A DNA stretch of 64,000 nucleotides from Callorhinchus milii (Eukaryota), in NCBI RefSeq assembly GCF_018977255.1, contig NW_024704742.1, positions 26,290,001 to 26,354,000 on the forward strand, in the 5' to 3' direction. Below, piece by piece: positions 13,973 through 27,878 of the stretch. Both the position numbers and the translations under genes were made by a program. The notes beneath the pieces are model-generated. The model made no database searches and was not told the origin of the DNA. It saw nothing but the letters and a program-made list of their open reading frames with translations. Numbering within the stretch: position 1 is the first letter of the stretch; each line of letters opens with the position of its first letter.

Positions 13973-15196
13973 ACACTTGTGCATCTGTTTTTCTGAGTGC
14001 GAAGGGAATAAGCAGAATAATTAACTTAAATGATTGATTAGGAGTATGGGAAGATAGGAATATGCATGTAAAGGATACTTAGGTTAGGATAGTTCAGGTA
14101 GCATTGCAGGATCAATCATGGTATGAAATTCTCTGGTTTTCGATGTGCTGAATTAGAAAAGAGTCAGATTGCTTACAGAGTACCAGGACAAACTAGAGAC
14201 AAAACCATGTCATCTTATGATAATATTAGCTGTGTATGTGAGGATAGTATTGATGGGGGACTGAGATTGTAAATGTAGTGCGTGACTGCTTCCTGTGTCA
14301 GGGAGAACACAAGGGCAATTCCCTTCTTGACTTAGTTCCAGTTAGCAACCCAGACGCCCATTGCCGTTCCCATTGGACCAATAAGTGGTGCTTCCGAGGT
14401 GATTGGGCTCCATCCGTTCACAAGCAGCTCCAACTGCCAATCAATCACAATTTGACTTCTCCCATTCCCTTAGTTGGTTCTTCCCCGTACCTCCGCTCCC
14501 TCAATGATCGACAGCCCATAGCCGCTTGTGAATGGCTGGAGTCCGCAGTCAATCAATCGTAATTTAACCCCTCCTATCTGCATCCTGGAGCCGCTCAAGG
14601 AGAGTGAGCAGACGCAGCAGTGACCAGCGCGGCACTTTGTCGGGGTAACAGATTTTTGTCCAAATTAACAGGTATATTTAAATCAGGTAAGAATACAAAT
14701 GAATTGGGGCCGGGTGTTATGTCCGATTTACCCAGTGACCATTTGCCAGTGAGGGTAATTAGCAATCCAGTTGCCAATTACCCTCTTTTAATGAGGTACT
14801 TTGTGATGACACAACCCAATCCTGTGACCTTTCGACTGACTCTATTCCTTGAAGTATTTTTTCCATTAAATATTTGTAAACCTCCACAGGGTCTTCTTGG
14901 AGTCATCTCTTTTTGAAGTGTCTATGTAATCATTCCTCATACTTTGAACATTGCTCTCCTCTGCACTGCTTCTAGGGCCGAGGCAGCATGTTTATGTTTT
15001 GTTAACTGTTCTCTCTGTTGCCTTCAATGACATTATTCAGAATGGTACCATGATATTTTCTGCACACATACACACACACACCACACACTTCACTTTATTG
15101 TCAGCTTAACAGAAATATATTACACACAGAGTTGAGATTTGTGGCATTCAATAAATTGCACTAATTAAATAATTTAAATGATCCAATGTGGCATGT

Positions 15197-15559
15197 GTTA
15201 TAATAATAATAATTATTGCACTTGATATAACATCTATTACATCTTCGAGACGTCTCAAAGTGCTTCACGGAATATACTGTAAAGTGAATTGAATGTATTT
15301 TTGTGGGTGAAACCCGGTAGCCATTTGTGCAACAGTGTCCCACAAACAGTCGTGGATTCAGTGACCAAATTTTTGTTTAGGGGATTGTTTCCCCCGGAAA
15401 AGCAATCTGACAATCAACTAACATCCGGTTTCCTACTTACTGCTTGGTAAACAGAAGTGTGTGGAATAAGGAAACTTGCCTAACATTTCGCCCTACCGGG
15501 AATTGAACCCAGGTCCTCTTGCTTGCAAGGCGAGTGCTCTAACTAAGCTACAGGACTCC
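15197..15559 (-). mobile_element. Full-length tRNA-derived SINE, long variant
   Basis: Reverse complement gives a ggagtcctgtagct head, the ctgtttacc...agcagtaagtaggaa insert, a Deu core and an (att)n tail. Confidence 0.85.
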
Positions 15560-15654
15560 ATATAATTATGTGCCAATTAAAGAAATTATAAGATCACTAG
15601 ATTGGTCTGGAGTATTCCTCCAGAATACTCACCGTAGCAACCCCCATCACAGCA

Positions 15655-16640
15655 TTAAGCTGCTTTTTAAATGAGTCTAGTGTCCTAGCCTCTACCACCT
15701 TTCCTGTTGACCTGTTCCAGGCATTGATTATCCTCTGTATAAAGAAAACAATTCTGGCATCTGTCCTGAAATTGTGCTTTACAACTCTAAACCTATGGCC
15801 TCTTGTTCTACTGTCATGATACTAAAATGATTTGAGTTTACTTTTTCAATCTCATTTCAAATTTGATGCACTTCAGTGAGGTTTCCTCAGAGTCATCTTC
15901 TCTCAAGACCAAATATTCCCAACTTGTCTAATCATTGTTCATAGCTCATTCCTTTAACACTGTAGATCATCCTTGTTGCTCTCCGCTGCATTGACACTAG
16001 GACCCGAAAAGCCTCCTTATGTCATTCTGACAAGATGTCTGCAGTATTTAAGGTGCAGTTTACCCAGAGCACTGTACAGCCTGAGAATGACACCTGGGGA
16101 ATCTAAACTAACTGATGTAGCAATATAGCCCAGCATCCTGCTTGTTCTGTTTATTGTTACCTCACACTGTTTTTACATAGTGAACAACAAGTCACCTAAC
16201 ACCCCCTAGATCTCTTTCAGCTTCCCCCTTGGTAAGTTCTATCCCATTCAAGAAGTATTTGAGTTTCCTATTCTTGGATCCTCTATGTCGTGCATTTATC
16301 AGTATTAAACTGTCATTTGCCAGTTATTGGCCCCAGTGCATACTCTTCAAACCTCTTTGTAGGAACTTTGCTACCTCCTCTGATACCACAGGTCCGCTCA
16401 ACTTGGTGTCATCTGCAAAATGTAATTATCATACACTGGGTCTGTAAATCCAGGTCAGTATTATATACAAGGAACTGGAGGGATCCCAGTACAGATCCCT
16501 TACGCACATCGCTTTAAACCTCCCCCATTTTGACCTAGCTCCCCTAACAAAGCTTCCCACTGCTTCCTTCCCTTCAGCCATTTCTGAATCCACGTCCATA
16601 TCTTGCCCTTAATACCCAGTGATCACTGTTTGTGGAAGAG
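15655..16640 (-). mobile_element. Old CR1 LINE RT/3' fragment
   Basis: Plus-strand ttggtgtcatctgcaaa reads FADDTK on the minus strand. ggatcccagtacagatcc corresponds to GSVLG. Heavily decayed. Confidence 0.7.
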
Positions 16641-17769
16641 TCTTTCATGACATGCAGAACATTGTTTGATCTATTTGTATATACACACACACACCCACAC
16701 GGCACAAACACCACTAACACTTTGCAGGGCAAACTCTTTTAATGTGAATCAGGCCTTTAATGCAAAAACAGTAGGAGATTATTTTTAAACACGCAAACAT
16801 CTCATCAGTCTTTCCAATGAACACACTATATTTTCAATCCAGAAAATGATCGAACACAAATGAAGCATTTAAATGCAGAGTCAGGTAGCTGGGTTCTCGG
16901 CTCCATTCCGGGATCAGAGTTTGCATTGACAGATATGAAATGATCCTCTACAGTTAGTGGCACTGAAGATAATTCTGCAGAGTGCCTGAAGTCAGTCTAT
17001 TTATCAGCAATTCCGGAAAGTATTTGGCACAGTTTGGCAAGAGCCAAGACCTGGGGGCACCAGAGTATACGTTGGGATATTGCTAGAGTCTGACCAGCTA
17101 AAACCACATAGCTTCCTAATTATAAAACTGTCTGGCAGGCTTGCCATTAATATCACTGTATGGCAAGCTTTCCCATTGTTTGTCCAGCTGGGACCACCCT
17201 ACCCATAAGGGCTTTGGCTTGCTGGGTTAAAAGGATCTGAGTGAGATGATTCCTTGCCCCCAGTGACTGGTCTGCCTTTCCAGATGCTACCAATGAGCCA
17301 GGCTGCCATCAGCAGAGCCCTGGAAAACTGCTGACCCACCTGGCTCAGGAACTGGGCTACCAAGACCACCACAGAGGGCTGGCTCGATTCTGATTTTTTT
17401 ATTGTCAAGCACGTCACCTTGGAGGCAGTTCAGCTTCCAAATGAGGACTGATTTTCTACTCACTAAAGTGACACGTAAGCCCTATAAGACACATCTTTAT
17501 CTACGGTGCAGCTGTATTCCAACCCACAATATCACGAGGAGTGATAAAGGGTTTGACTGTACGTGCATGTAAAGGGAGCGTTTTGGGCAGTTCCAGCAGT
17601 AAAGAAACAATGGCCTACTTTCAGGTCATTGGGTCACTGCAATGTCACTTCCTCTTTGTTGCATATGTACAAAGTAGGAAGTGATGGCCATGGCAACCTA
17701 ATGACCTGGAAATTAGCCATTTTCAGCACGCAAAAAACACAGGCATTGGGAAGGGAGCGGCTGCCTACC

Positions 17770-17908
17770 ACACTCACAATGAACAGGATCACTGCACAAC
17801 ACTGCACTGGAGTGCCATCTTAGACTATATGAGTCCAAGTCCCAATGTGGGGCTTGAACCCCAACCTTCTAATTGAGGTGAGTGTGCTACCAACTGAGCC
17901 AGGCTGAC
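17770..17908 (-). mobile_element. SacSINE1-like head fragment
   Basis: gtggggcttgaacccc...gctaccaactgagccaggctgac, also seen at 39525-39592 and (plus strand) 60788. Confidence 0.6.
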
Positions 17909-18289
17909 CACACTATAAAATAAAGTGACTGTGTATTTTCTACGCAAACAAACAAATCAATAATATTTTGATCACTCCTGAGGGGGAGTCCATTCTCTAT
18001 TTCTATACTCATTTTCATATTATTGATACCCTACATTTCACTTGTGAATAATTCCCACCAGAAGTCATAGAAAAGTAAATCTGGAAAAGTGCATGTTCCT
18101 GCATCTGCGGGTATTTATATTTTGTTCACATTCTGGCCTCTGAGCATTCACCTTCTGCACAGGATATAGCAGCGATAGGGATAGTATAGCATAGATTTAC
18201 AACAACAACTTACATTTATATAGCACCCTTCATGCAGAGAAGCATCTCAGAGCACTTATCAGGATGATACCAGGACTGACAGTTCTTCC

Positions 18290-18720
18290 TATCAGGATAA
18301 ACTGGATAGATTAGGCTTTTTTTCACTAGAGAAGAGATGTATAAAAGGGAACCAAATAGAGATATTTAAAACTTAAAAGGGGTTCATTAGGTTAGCATTA
18401 ATAGGCTGTTCCCACTTATTGGGGGGGCCATAATCAGAGGCCACAAGTATAAAACAACGGAACTAAAAGAGAATTTAACAGGAACTTCTTCAAGCAGAAG
18501 GTAGTGAGATTGTGGAACTCACTGCCCAAAGTGGTGGTTGCAGCAAATAGTATAGATGCTTTTAAAATGAAGCTAGATATACACACAAGCTAATAGGGAA
18601 TAGAAGGGTATCGGAGGGAGAAAGGAGTGGGTGGAGACTTGTGTGGAGTATAAACACAGGCACAGACTGGTTGATCGAATGGCATGTTTCCGTGCTGTAC
18701 GTTCTGTGTAAATCTATGTA
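18290..18720 (+). mobile_element. CR1 LINE 3' end
   Basis: ttcactagagaagag..., tggaactcactgccc and a 3' UTR ending gaatggcatgtttccgtgctgtacgttctgtg. Confidence 0.7.
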
Positions 18721-18754
18721 AGCACTGAGGAGAGCAATGTGCATTAATCACACA

Positions 18755-18866
18755 TCCACAAATATACCGTCAATTCACTTTACAGTATACTCTGTGAAGC
18801 ACTTTGAGACGTCTAGAAGACGTGAAAAGCGATATATCAATTGCAAGGATTATTATTATTATTATT
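18755..18866 (+). mobile_element. tRNA-Deu-L2 SINE 3' fragment
   Basis: cacaaatatac...caattcactttacagtat...gcaagg(att)n. Confidence 0.8.
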
Positions 18867-20867
18867 GGATGGGTGCAAAGAGCTCCACATGTAGCCCTTC
18901 AGAAACAGCTCTTGGGATTTTGTGCTTCCTCCCTCTGACCAAGAACTCAACTGCTCCATGGAAATGGGGGGAGAAAGAACAAGAAAATCAAATACCTGTG
19001 AATTATCAAAAAAAAGTCTATTCATCTTTCCCACATCACGTGTTATTTCAGACAGGATGATGGATTTGAACTTCTTTTTACAATTGTACATCCACCGTGA
19101 ATGTGATTGAAAGGATGAAAAGCCAATTAATGCCCCAAGGAACAGACAACTCCAAGGACATCTGTTCAATAGTTCTAAAATCTAGTTGAACCGTATTCCT
19201 TCGCTTCCCCCATGGTGATGGAAACAAAATCATCTTCTCCACCTCCTCATGTAGTTTTAATTTGTAAAAATCCAAAACAATTCCTGGAATACCTAAAAAG
19301 TATAGTCGCTGAAAGTGAGGAATCCATCTCACTGGTTGTTGATGATCAGTTGTATGAATGGTCTCTCCCTCTAGTGGTGGTATCAAGATACTACATAAAC
19401 AAGTTGCATTTGAGGGAACCCACACCTCTCAATTAGAACTGAAAATATGAAATAAAACCATTTAAAATGCACAGTAGGATGATCAGCATGTAAAGAGACA
19501 GGTTTATTTCTCCCCGATGCCCAGTTGTAAGAGGAGTGGACTGGCACTCGATTTCACATGGAACAACTACTATTTTCCCACAGCTATGAATTTTGTTTCT
19601 GCGTATTTTAAATGGAAAAGCTTTAAAAGCTGGGTATCTTTAAGCTGTGTGGTTATATTTCTTGCAACATGCATAATTAATCAGTACAGCCTTTGGCTAA
19701 CATGCAGTAAGATGGCAATAAAACTAAATTGAAGTGGATTAGTTCAAGCAATTCAGACCATGTTAGACCTTAAAATAGCAAAGGGTTAGGATATATATAA
19801 CTCAGTATTTGCTTCTCTGTACACACATCACTCCATGCACCACGCTAGCAAGGCTTAAAATAGCAAGCCGGTGTGAAGAAGCAAACATTTTGCAGTGGAG
19901 GTTGAGCACCACAGTGACTTAAAAAAAAATCCTGAAATAAAACAAAACTTAGAAACGTTGGAAAATCGAAAACTGCATACGCAAACAACAAACACTTCAA
20001 TTATAGCGGAGATTATCTGACACACACACGATAAGGATTGATGGATTGCTCCTATGCCTCTCGCACACAGACAGATTGATAACCCAACTAAGCCCCTGTT
20101 AACTCTCCAGCACAGTTATCGAGCTGATCTGAGGCAATGGCTAGAGGTTGATCACTGCTCACTCCTGCAGATCAAGCCCTTCAGAAAGATCTTCATCTTA
20201 GTACTAGCTGTACCATAAACATTTACAATTTATGATTGCATTAACATACTATATAAATCCCAGTCCTGGCAAGACACCATTTATCTAACACACTGTAGGA
20301 ACCAACATAAGGTACATATCTAATGCAGTTATCACAAGCTCTGAGGCTTTAATGGCTTCAACCTGCAAAAAAACGACATTGATAAAGATATTGTGGGGTT
20401 GAAAAATTGCTAATGGAGACTCCTGTTGAAAAATCAGAAACTCTTCACACTGGCCTGAAACTATCTGGAAGTAGGTTGCAGAGTTTCTGATCTTAGGTTT
20501 GCTCACTTTGAGACTTGCAAGTCCATGCACAGCTCTCATTTAAAGCTCAGCAAACAATAAATCCAGCAGAATGAGAACTATCTAATCAGTATACCAATGT
20601 ATTGAACCTGCTGCAAATTACAGTTCACCAAAGAACATATTTCCATTGAAGCATAACCTTGAGTTTGCACCATGTCTGTTACTGTTAGCACTGCACTCAC
20701 AAATGAAAATCTGGTATCAAATGCAAACCCAATCACACACAAACCCCCAAGTCTTTCTTGCTTTGATTGTTTCATTAGAAATGTAATGAATTAAGTTTGC
20801 AAAATGTTACAGTACTCTGTATAAAGAATTAGGAGTACTCATCAAGAAGAATTAATTATTTCTATCT

Positions 20868-20974
20868 AAAACGCAAAACTCTGCAGATGCTGGAAATCTG
20901 AAACAAAAGCAGAAGTCGCTGGGAACCCTCAGCAAACGTGCTGAGTGTTCTCAGCGACTTCTGTTTTTGTTTCA
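20868..20974. repeat. Palindromic MITE-like remnant of the shark gctggaa/ctcagca type
   Basis: 36-bp inverted arms around a 4-nt loop. The same arm recurs at 62630-62730. Confidence 0.7.
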
Positions 20975-21738
20975 ATTATTTCTATTTTCATTTTGCCACA
21001 CAGGCCACAGTTGTCACGGAGAGTCAGTGGATGCATTATAAAGATCACACGTACCAAGTACAAGGCAACCCTTGCTAGAGCGTACGGCTGCTTTTTGTCC
21101 TGGTCTGAAGCAGTTCATTTCTGGCACACCCTGTCTGGCTTTGAAATGGCTGACCACCTTCCAGATTGTCAGGTCACTGCCGACTGCGCACATGTACAAG
21201 AAGTGCAGCTGACATCTCTTCACAAATCAGGAGAGACTTGTTAGACATAGAACACGGGGTGCACACAAAACACCGGAAATGGCGTCAGAGGTGACCTGAC
21301 GACCCAGACCTTTTTAGCGGTGTGAAGCTGGCTGGTATTTGGAAGTAAGACAACTTGATTTGAGGCGAGCTGGACTGTTTTCTGCACAATATTGTGGGGA
21401 TATTTTGATAACTAAATGTCAGGGACCCCAACCCAAATAGGTATAAGCATACCCGCATTATAACGAAAAACATTATAACAGAGTTCTACTCTATATCGCA
21501 TTAGGATACTATAAAATAATACAAATTCTGCACCAACATCTTGAACTACATGGTCTGAAATATGCTGGCTTGAAAGTTTTTTTTAATATTATTTAGGAAC
21601 AAAACAGTTGCTCAATTTTTACGAGCCAAAAGGTATAGCTCCAGTTCATTGCATTTTCCTTCGTAAACAAAACTAACAGGCCTCGATTTCCCAAAAGCTG
21701 CAACTCAACTCAGGATTGCTGCACATTTGTCACCTTAC

Positions 21739-21798
21739 CTTATGGGGCTTTGTGCTTCTCCTTCTGTGCTTTTTAGAGCGCAACATTCTCTCTCGCTC
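21739..21798 (-). CDS. JAKMIP1: JAKMIP1 coding exon 7 (20 aa, basic): ERERMLRSKKHRRRSTKPHK
   Basis: Polypyrimidine tract with ttgtAG|GAG, donor AAG|GTAAGG, 60 nt. Confidence 0.9.
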
Positions 21799-22760
21799 CT
21801 ACAAGAGAAAGAACAGAACATTCTTTATTTCTTCTCTAACAAGTCAATGCATAACTTTTAAGAAGCCGAAACAAGAAAAAGTCACTTAGTCATCAATCCT
21901 GCTTTTTCCAGATTGTGCAAAACCAACCCGGCCATAATAATGGTAATATAATAATAATAATCCTTGCATTTGATATAGCACCTTATCACATTGAAACATC
22001 TGAAAGTGCTTCACGCAGTTTTTTTTTGTCAAGGGTGATGATTGTGTACGTAGCTAAACTTTACCCATTAAATTACCTGGATGTGAAGGGGAAGAGAGTC
22101 AAGCCTTCAGATAAGCTGATTCTGTTCTCCAGAACAACCCATTCTCCCGTCCACTCATTTCCCAGCATTGTTTCTTAAATGAAACCAGCATCTGGTTCTC
22201 AGCCCTCCTCCCTGGCAACCTGCTCCAGCTAATGATTAATCTCTGCATACAAAAGATACTGGGGTAAAATTTGCTGGATTCCTTAACTTTTGTTTGATAG
22301 AGGAATGTGTTTAGCAACACCAGCAGGTGATCCCATGCTTAATCATATGGGCTTGGCCCTCCAGTAAAATTGGTAAAAATATAAGAGGGTGGGAATTTCA
22401 GCCTTCCTAGGCAAATAAAATAGGAATTAACATCAGAAAAAAAGTCCAACATATGGCCTAGAAATTACAAAATGGGTTCATGATTACAGCAGCGCTCAGA
22501 CCCTGAGTTGTGTAAACTATTTATCTGCGGAGCGGTTAGTAACATGTTGGATTTATTAAAATCATGATCCTCAGAAAAGTAGAGGAATAATTCAGGAATT
22601 CTACAACTTAACCCCACTGTCTGGCACCTGTCTTAAACTTCACAATGCCGAACCTGTGTTTTTGGTCCTGCAGCTTTTTGAAATATGTGGTGATCCTACA
22701 GAGTATTTGAGGAACCAATTATTAGGACTCCAGGTACTTTCACAGCTATTGTTACCATCA

Positions 22761-22973
<213 letters not shown>

Positions 22974-23514
22974 CTATTTTAAGCAACTCCAGAAAAAAGA
23001 TCAGTTATACTTGAAGCTGAGCAAAAAACATATAAGAGAAAGTCCATGAACTAACTAAAATGCTTGCATTTGATATAGCACCTATAGTGTCTAGAACATC
23101 TCAAAGTACTAGTGCTAACATTGCTCTATTTTGTGTATTCAAAAGTGCTTAGGAATTATACAACTCCCAATGTTTACTACACTACAATACAAATACAAAA
23201 TTACATTTGTATAGCGCCTTTCATGTCAGGAGAACGTCCAAAGATGCTGGACAGTCAGGGATTTGGATCCATCAGAGGTAAGGGGCAGGTGAAAAAGATT
23301 GAAAGGATTGCTCTTAAAAGAGTTAGCACCGATAATGATGGGCCTAAATGTCCTTTTTCTGTCCTGTACATTTCTATGTAATTTCTATGTTCATAATTAT
23401 AGTCCATCAGAAACCTATTAGAACTAACGCAACCCATTTATGAACCCATACCCACATACAGACTAACTTGCTATAGCTAGCTTAACCAGGAGGGCAGAGT
23501 ATTGCATGCTGTAC

Positions 23515-23661
23515 CATTTCCGCATGCTCTCTTGTGAGATTCTTTATTTTTTGTTCCATCCTCTGTATAGACTGCATCACATCATCATTCTTCTTATTTA
23601 GGCGCTTGTTCTTTTCCACCAGAGGCTTCAGCTGGCTCTCCGTCTCTCGCACACGTTTCAC
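23515..23661 (-). CDS. JAKMIP1: JAKMIP1 coding exon 5 (49 aa): VKRVRETESQLKPLVEKNKRLNKK...TREHAEM
   Basis: ORF 23482..23670. Acceptor ttccAG|GTG, donor ATG|GTACAG, 147 nt. Confidence 0.93.
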
Positions 23662-23881
23662 CTGGAACAATAATTTAAGAGCGTCTGTAGTCTATCAGAA
23701 GGCTTTCCACGGGTCACATTTAATTAGAATGGCCACCATTTACAATTATATTGTTTTAAAATAAACTAATTTCCGACCTCTGAGGGCAGAGTATTTTCCC
23801 TTGCAGTACAGAAAAGAGTTTGACGGATTTCGCACTGCAACAGGACTGATTCATTTACTAAAGTGAATGTAATTCAAGTCA

Positions 23882-24013
<132 letters not shown>

Positions 24014-25283
24014 CTAAAGGAGATTTACGTGGACGAAACAAAACCAGCAATGTTAAAGAGAAACAAGCCATGGACATACCCAAACCTACATAAAAACACA
24101 TGTTCATTCAGATAATCCCCCACTTTGATTGTTTTAATAATAAAACAGACATTACAGGGAACTGAATTAAGTTAGCACCCAACGGCATCAATGCATCCAA
24201 CCCAAGAAATGATTGGGTGATCACCCTTAAGTCAGTAGGATTGTGCTTAAAAGAGCTGGCATGGACACGATGGCCCGAATTGCCTTCTTCTGTGCTATGA
24301 ATTTCTATGGTTCTATAAATGTCTTCTTGCCATACATCACAGCTCACCCATTCCACTAAAATGCTCTATACAGCAGCCCTGCAAATTAGAAATCGATTTA
24401 AAAACAAAACAATAGGATTGATATAGAGGTTATTATATATCATTCATTGTACTTGCCATATACACTACAGTGCTAATAAGGGTAAGTAATGATCATCCCC
24501 TGTAGTTACCCCAGCACTGGGGGTCTGATGTGAGGTAAGTACAGGTTATTCATTCCACTTAACCCTGGACACTAAATCACTAATGTAAAGGTAAGTACAC
24601 ATCAATTACTGTACTGTACTTACCCTGACACTAAAGTTCCCCTTTAAGGAATACACCTCCTTTATTGGTTTAATCTGTAAATAATACAACATACTGTATT
24701 TGAAAATAATGTAGAAACCTTGAAGATTAAAAAAATGCACATTAATATTCTGAGAACTTGCTTAAAACCAAAAGCTGGACCTTCTTGAATAAATTGTGAA
24801 AGATGGTGCAGAGCTGATATTCTCTCCCTGGATGCCAGCAGCACATTTATAACTTTAATAACATGTCAAATTAATCGGAAGCAAGATTATTACTGCACCA
24901 CGTTTGTTTCCATCTTAAATCTTGTAGATCCTGTAATTCACAAGGTTCATCTACAAACCCAATCCAGATTGTCAAAACATTGCTCTTGAATATCTTAAGG
25001 CGAAGGGACTGTGGGATGGAGTTCCAAAGGGTGGAGACAGAGAGCCTGAAGGCTCGACTGCCACTGATGGGCAGACCAGTTGGGAGACGTGGAGCAGCCT
25101 GCTGAGCAGAGGGAGCAGACAGGTCGATATGCAATTGTTTGTAAAAGTTCAGCAACTCCCAAATCACTGGTTTTCCACCATAGCAAAAAAAAAGCCTTGG
25201 TATAAAAATACTTAAGTAAGAATTGAAGAGAGGGAAAAAAGTTGGATTGCTTCCGTTTCAAAGGTTGAACCACAACCGAATTG

Positions 25284-25600
25284 TAATAATAATAATAATA
25301 ATCCTTGCATTTGATATAGCGCTTTTCACGTCGGGAGGACGTTCCAAAGCGCTTCACAGAATAGACTGTAAAGTGAATTGACTGTATATTTGTGGATGAA
25401 CGCGGAAGCCAATTGCGCACAGCAATGTCCCACAAACAGTCGTAGATTGAAAATGACTAATTTATTGTTTTTTGTTTTGGAGGGATTATTATTAGTCGTG
25501 TGGAGTAAGGAAACTTGCCCAAGGTTTCGACCTGCCTGGAATTGAACTCAGGTCTCTCGCTTGCAAAGCGAGTGCTCTAACCACTGAGCTATAGGACTCC
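25284..25600 (-). mobile_element. Full-length young tRNA-Deu-L2 SINE, short variant
   Basis: Near-identical in reverse complement to 36345-36659. It has a tRNA-like head with A/B boxes and an (att)n tail. Confidence 0.9.
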
Positions 25601-25604
25601 ACGT

Positions 25605-26945
25605 TTGTAATCTTCATTAGTTCACAAACTGGTGGGGAAACTTCCAGAGACCATAATCCGGGACAACATAAATTTTCACTTAGAACATAAGTTAATTTAT
25701 GAGAGTCAACATGCATTTGTTATAGGCAAATCATGTCTGACAAACTTAATTGAATTTGTTGATGATATAACAGAGTGTATTGATGAAGGTAGTGCAGTTG
25801 ATTTAGAGTATATGGACATAATAGACTAGTTAGCAAAATTGAAGCCCATGGGATAAAACGGACAGGGCAGCATGGTTATAAAATTGGCTGGGAGACAGAA
25901 AGCAGAGGGTAGTGGTGAATGGTTGCTTTTCAAATTGGAGAGAAGTATACAATGGTATCCACCAGGGGTTGGTATTAGGTCCACTGCTCTTTTTGATATA
26001 TGTGAATGACTTAGATTTGGGTAAAGAGAGCAAAATTTTAAATGTTGCAGATGACACAAACTTGGGAACGTCATAAATAGTGAGGAGGATGGTAGCAGAC
26101 TGCAGGAAGACATAGACAGAATGGTGAAATGGGCAGACACATGGCAGATGAAGTTTAATGCAGAGAAGTATGAGGTGATGCAATTTGCAAGGAAGAACGA
26201 GAGGCAATATGCAATAAATGGAACTGTTTTAAAGGGACTATGGGAGCAGAGATACCTGGGGATTCATATACACAGGTCTTTGAAGGTGGCAGGACATTTT
26301 GATAGAACTGTCAAAAACGCATACGGGATCCTTGGCTTTATAAATAGAGGCATAGACTACAAAAGCAAGGAAGTTCTGCTAAACCTTTATAAGTCACTGT
26401 CTAGCCCTCAGCTGGAGTATTGTGCCCAATTCTGGGCACCATACTTTAGGAAGGATATCAGGGTCTCTGAGAGTGTGCTGAGGAGATTTACCAGAATGGT
26501 ACCAGGGATACGGGACTTTAGTTAGGGGGAGAGACCAGAGAAGCTGGGATTTTTTCTCCTTACAGCAGAGAAGGTTAAGGGGAGATTTAATAGAGCTGTT
26601 CAAAATTATGAGGGGTTTTGATAGAGTAGGTAGGAAGCAACTGTTTCCACTGGTAGGTGGGTCAGTAACCAGGGCACATAGATTCAAGATAATTGGCAAA
26701 AGAACCAGAGGGAGATGAGGAGAATTGTTTTTACACAGCGAGTTGTTACAGTCTGAAATGCATTGCCTCAAAGGGTGGTGGAAAATATTCAATAACAACT
26801 TTCAAAAGGGAATTGGATAGGTACTTGAAGAGGAAAAATTTGCAAGGATATGAGGAACGAGTGGGGCAATCGGGACTAGTTGGGTAACCAAAGAACTGAC
26901 ACAGGCACGATTAGTTGAATGGCTCAGTATAGAATGGATTCTATG
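25605..26945 (+). mobile_element. 5'-truncated CR1 LINE (frameshifted RT domain plus 3' UTR)
   Basis: Peptides GKSCLTNLIEF, PPGVGIRS (degenerate PQGSVLGP), ADDT, WQMKFNAEK and LYKSLSSPQLEYCAQFWAP. Ends in gattctatg. Confidence 0.92.
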
Positions 26946-27300
26946 TTGAAGGGAAGAGACATTAGATCCAAGGAATTACCAGGTTACCAAACCTCCGAAA
27001 ACTATACAACCAACCTTATAGTCATTTGAAAAATAAAACTGGACACGTACCGAGGAAGAGTATTAGAGGGTACGGGGAAAGAGCTGGGCATTGGCGTAAG
27101 GCTGGATGGGTTCTCGGAGAAGCAAATACTAACCTGAAATAATGGGCCAATTAGCCTGCTACAGTGTTGAACATCTCTGTGGTTTTGTTTCAACACAAAC
27201 GACGTTCTCTCGTTACAATAACATAATACAGAAATATGAAATCGGTTGATATATATAAACTGAGACTTTAGAAGGAGTTATCAGTTACTTCCGTCTGTTA

Positions 27301-27531
<231 letters not shown>

Positions 27532-27878
27532 TTAAGAAAAAGCACCGAAAAACACTTAAACAGTGACAGCACCAAAGGCACATCTCTATTGGTATTCTTT
27601 TAAACCAAGGAAAGGCAATTTCACGGATCATTGTACTTAAGATCGGTGTCACCTAAACTATGATTCTGGCCTTGCCCCCTTCCTCGCCCATCTTCAGAGC
27701 GTACCATAAGTGTTTTAGGTGCATAGGGATATCCTCCTGATGAAAAAGGTGCTATATAATAATAATCCTTGCATTTGATATATAAATACAATATTGCATT
27801 ATAACTAATTTTTCTGTACTGCTTCCTGCTGCTCCCAGGCCTTGGGACATTCTCCTGATGTGAAAGGCGCTAAATCAT

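Noticed and set aside
14395..14480. Possible Penelope GIY-YIG remnant (SVHKQLQLPINHNLTSP)
   Set aside because: The similarity is too short and weak to call without a search.
26121..26525. RT-like ORF as an active or domesticated gene
   Set aside because: It belongs to a 5'-truncated, frameshifted CR1 with degenerate catalytic motifs.
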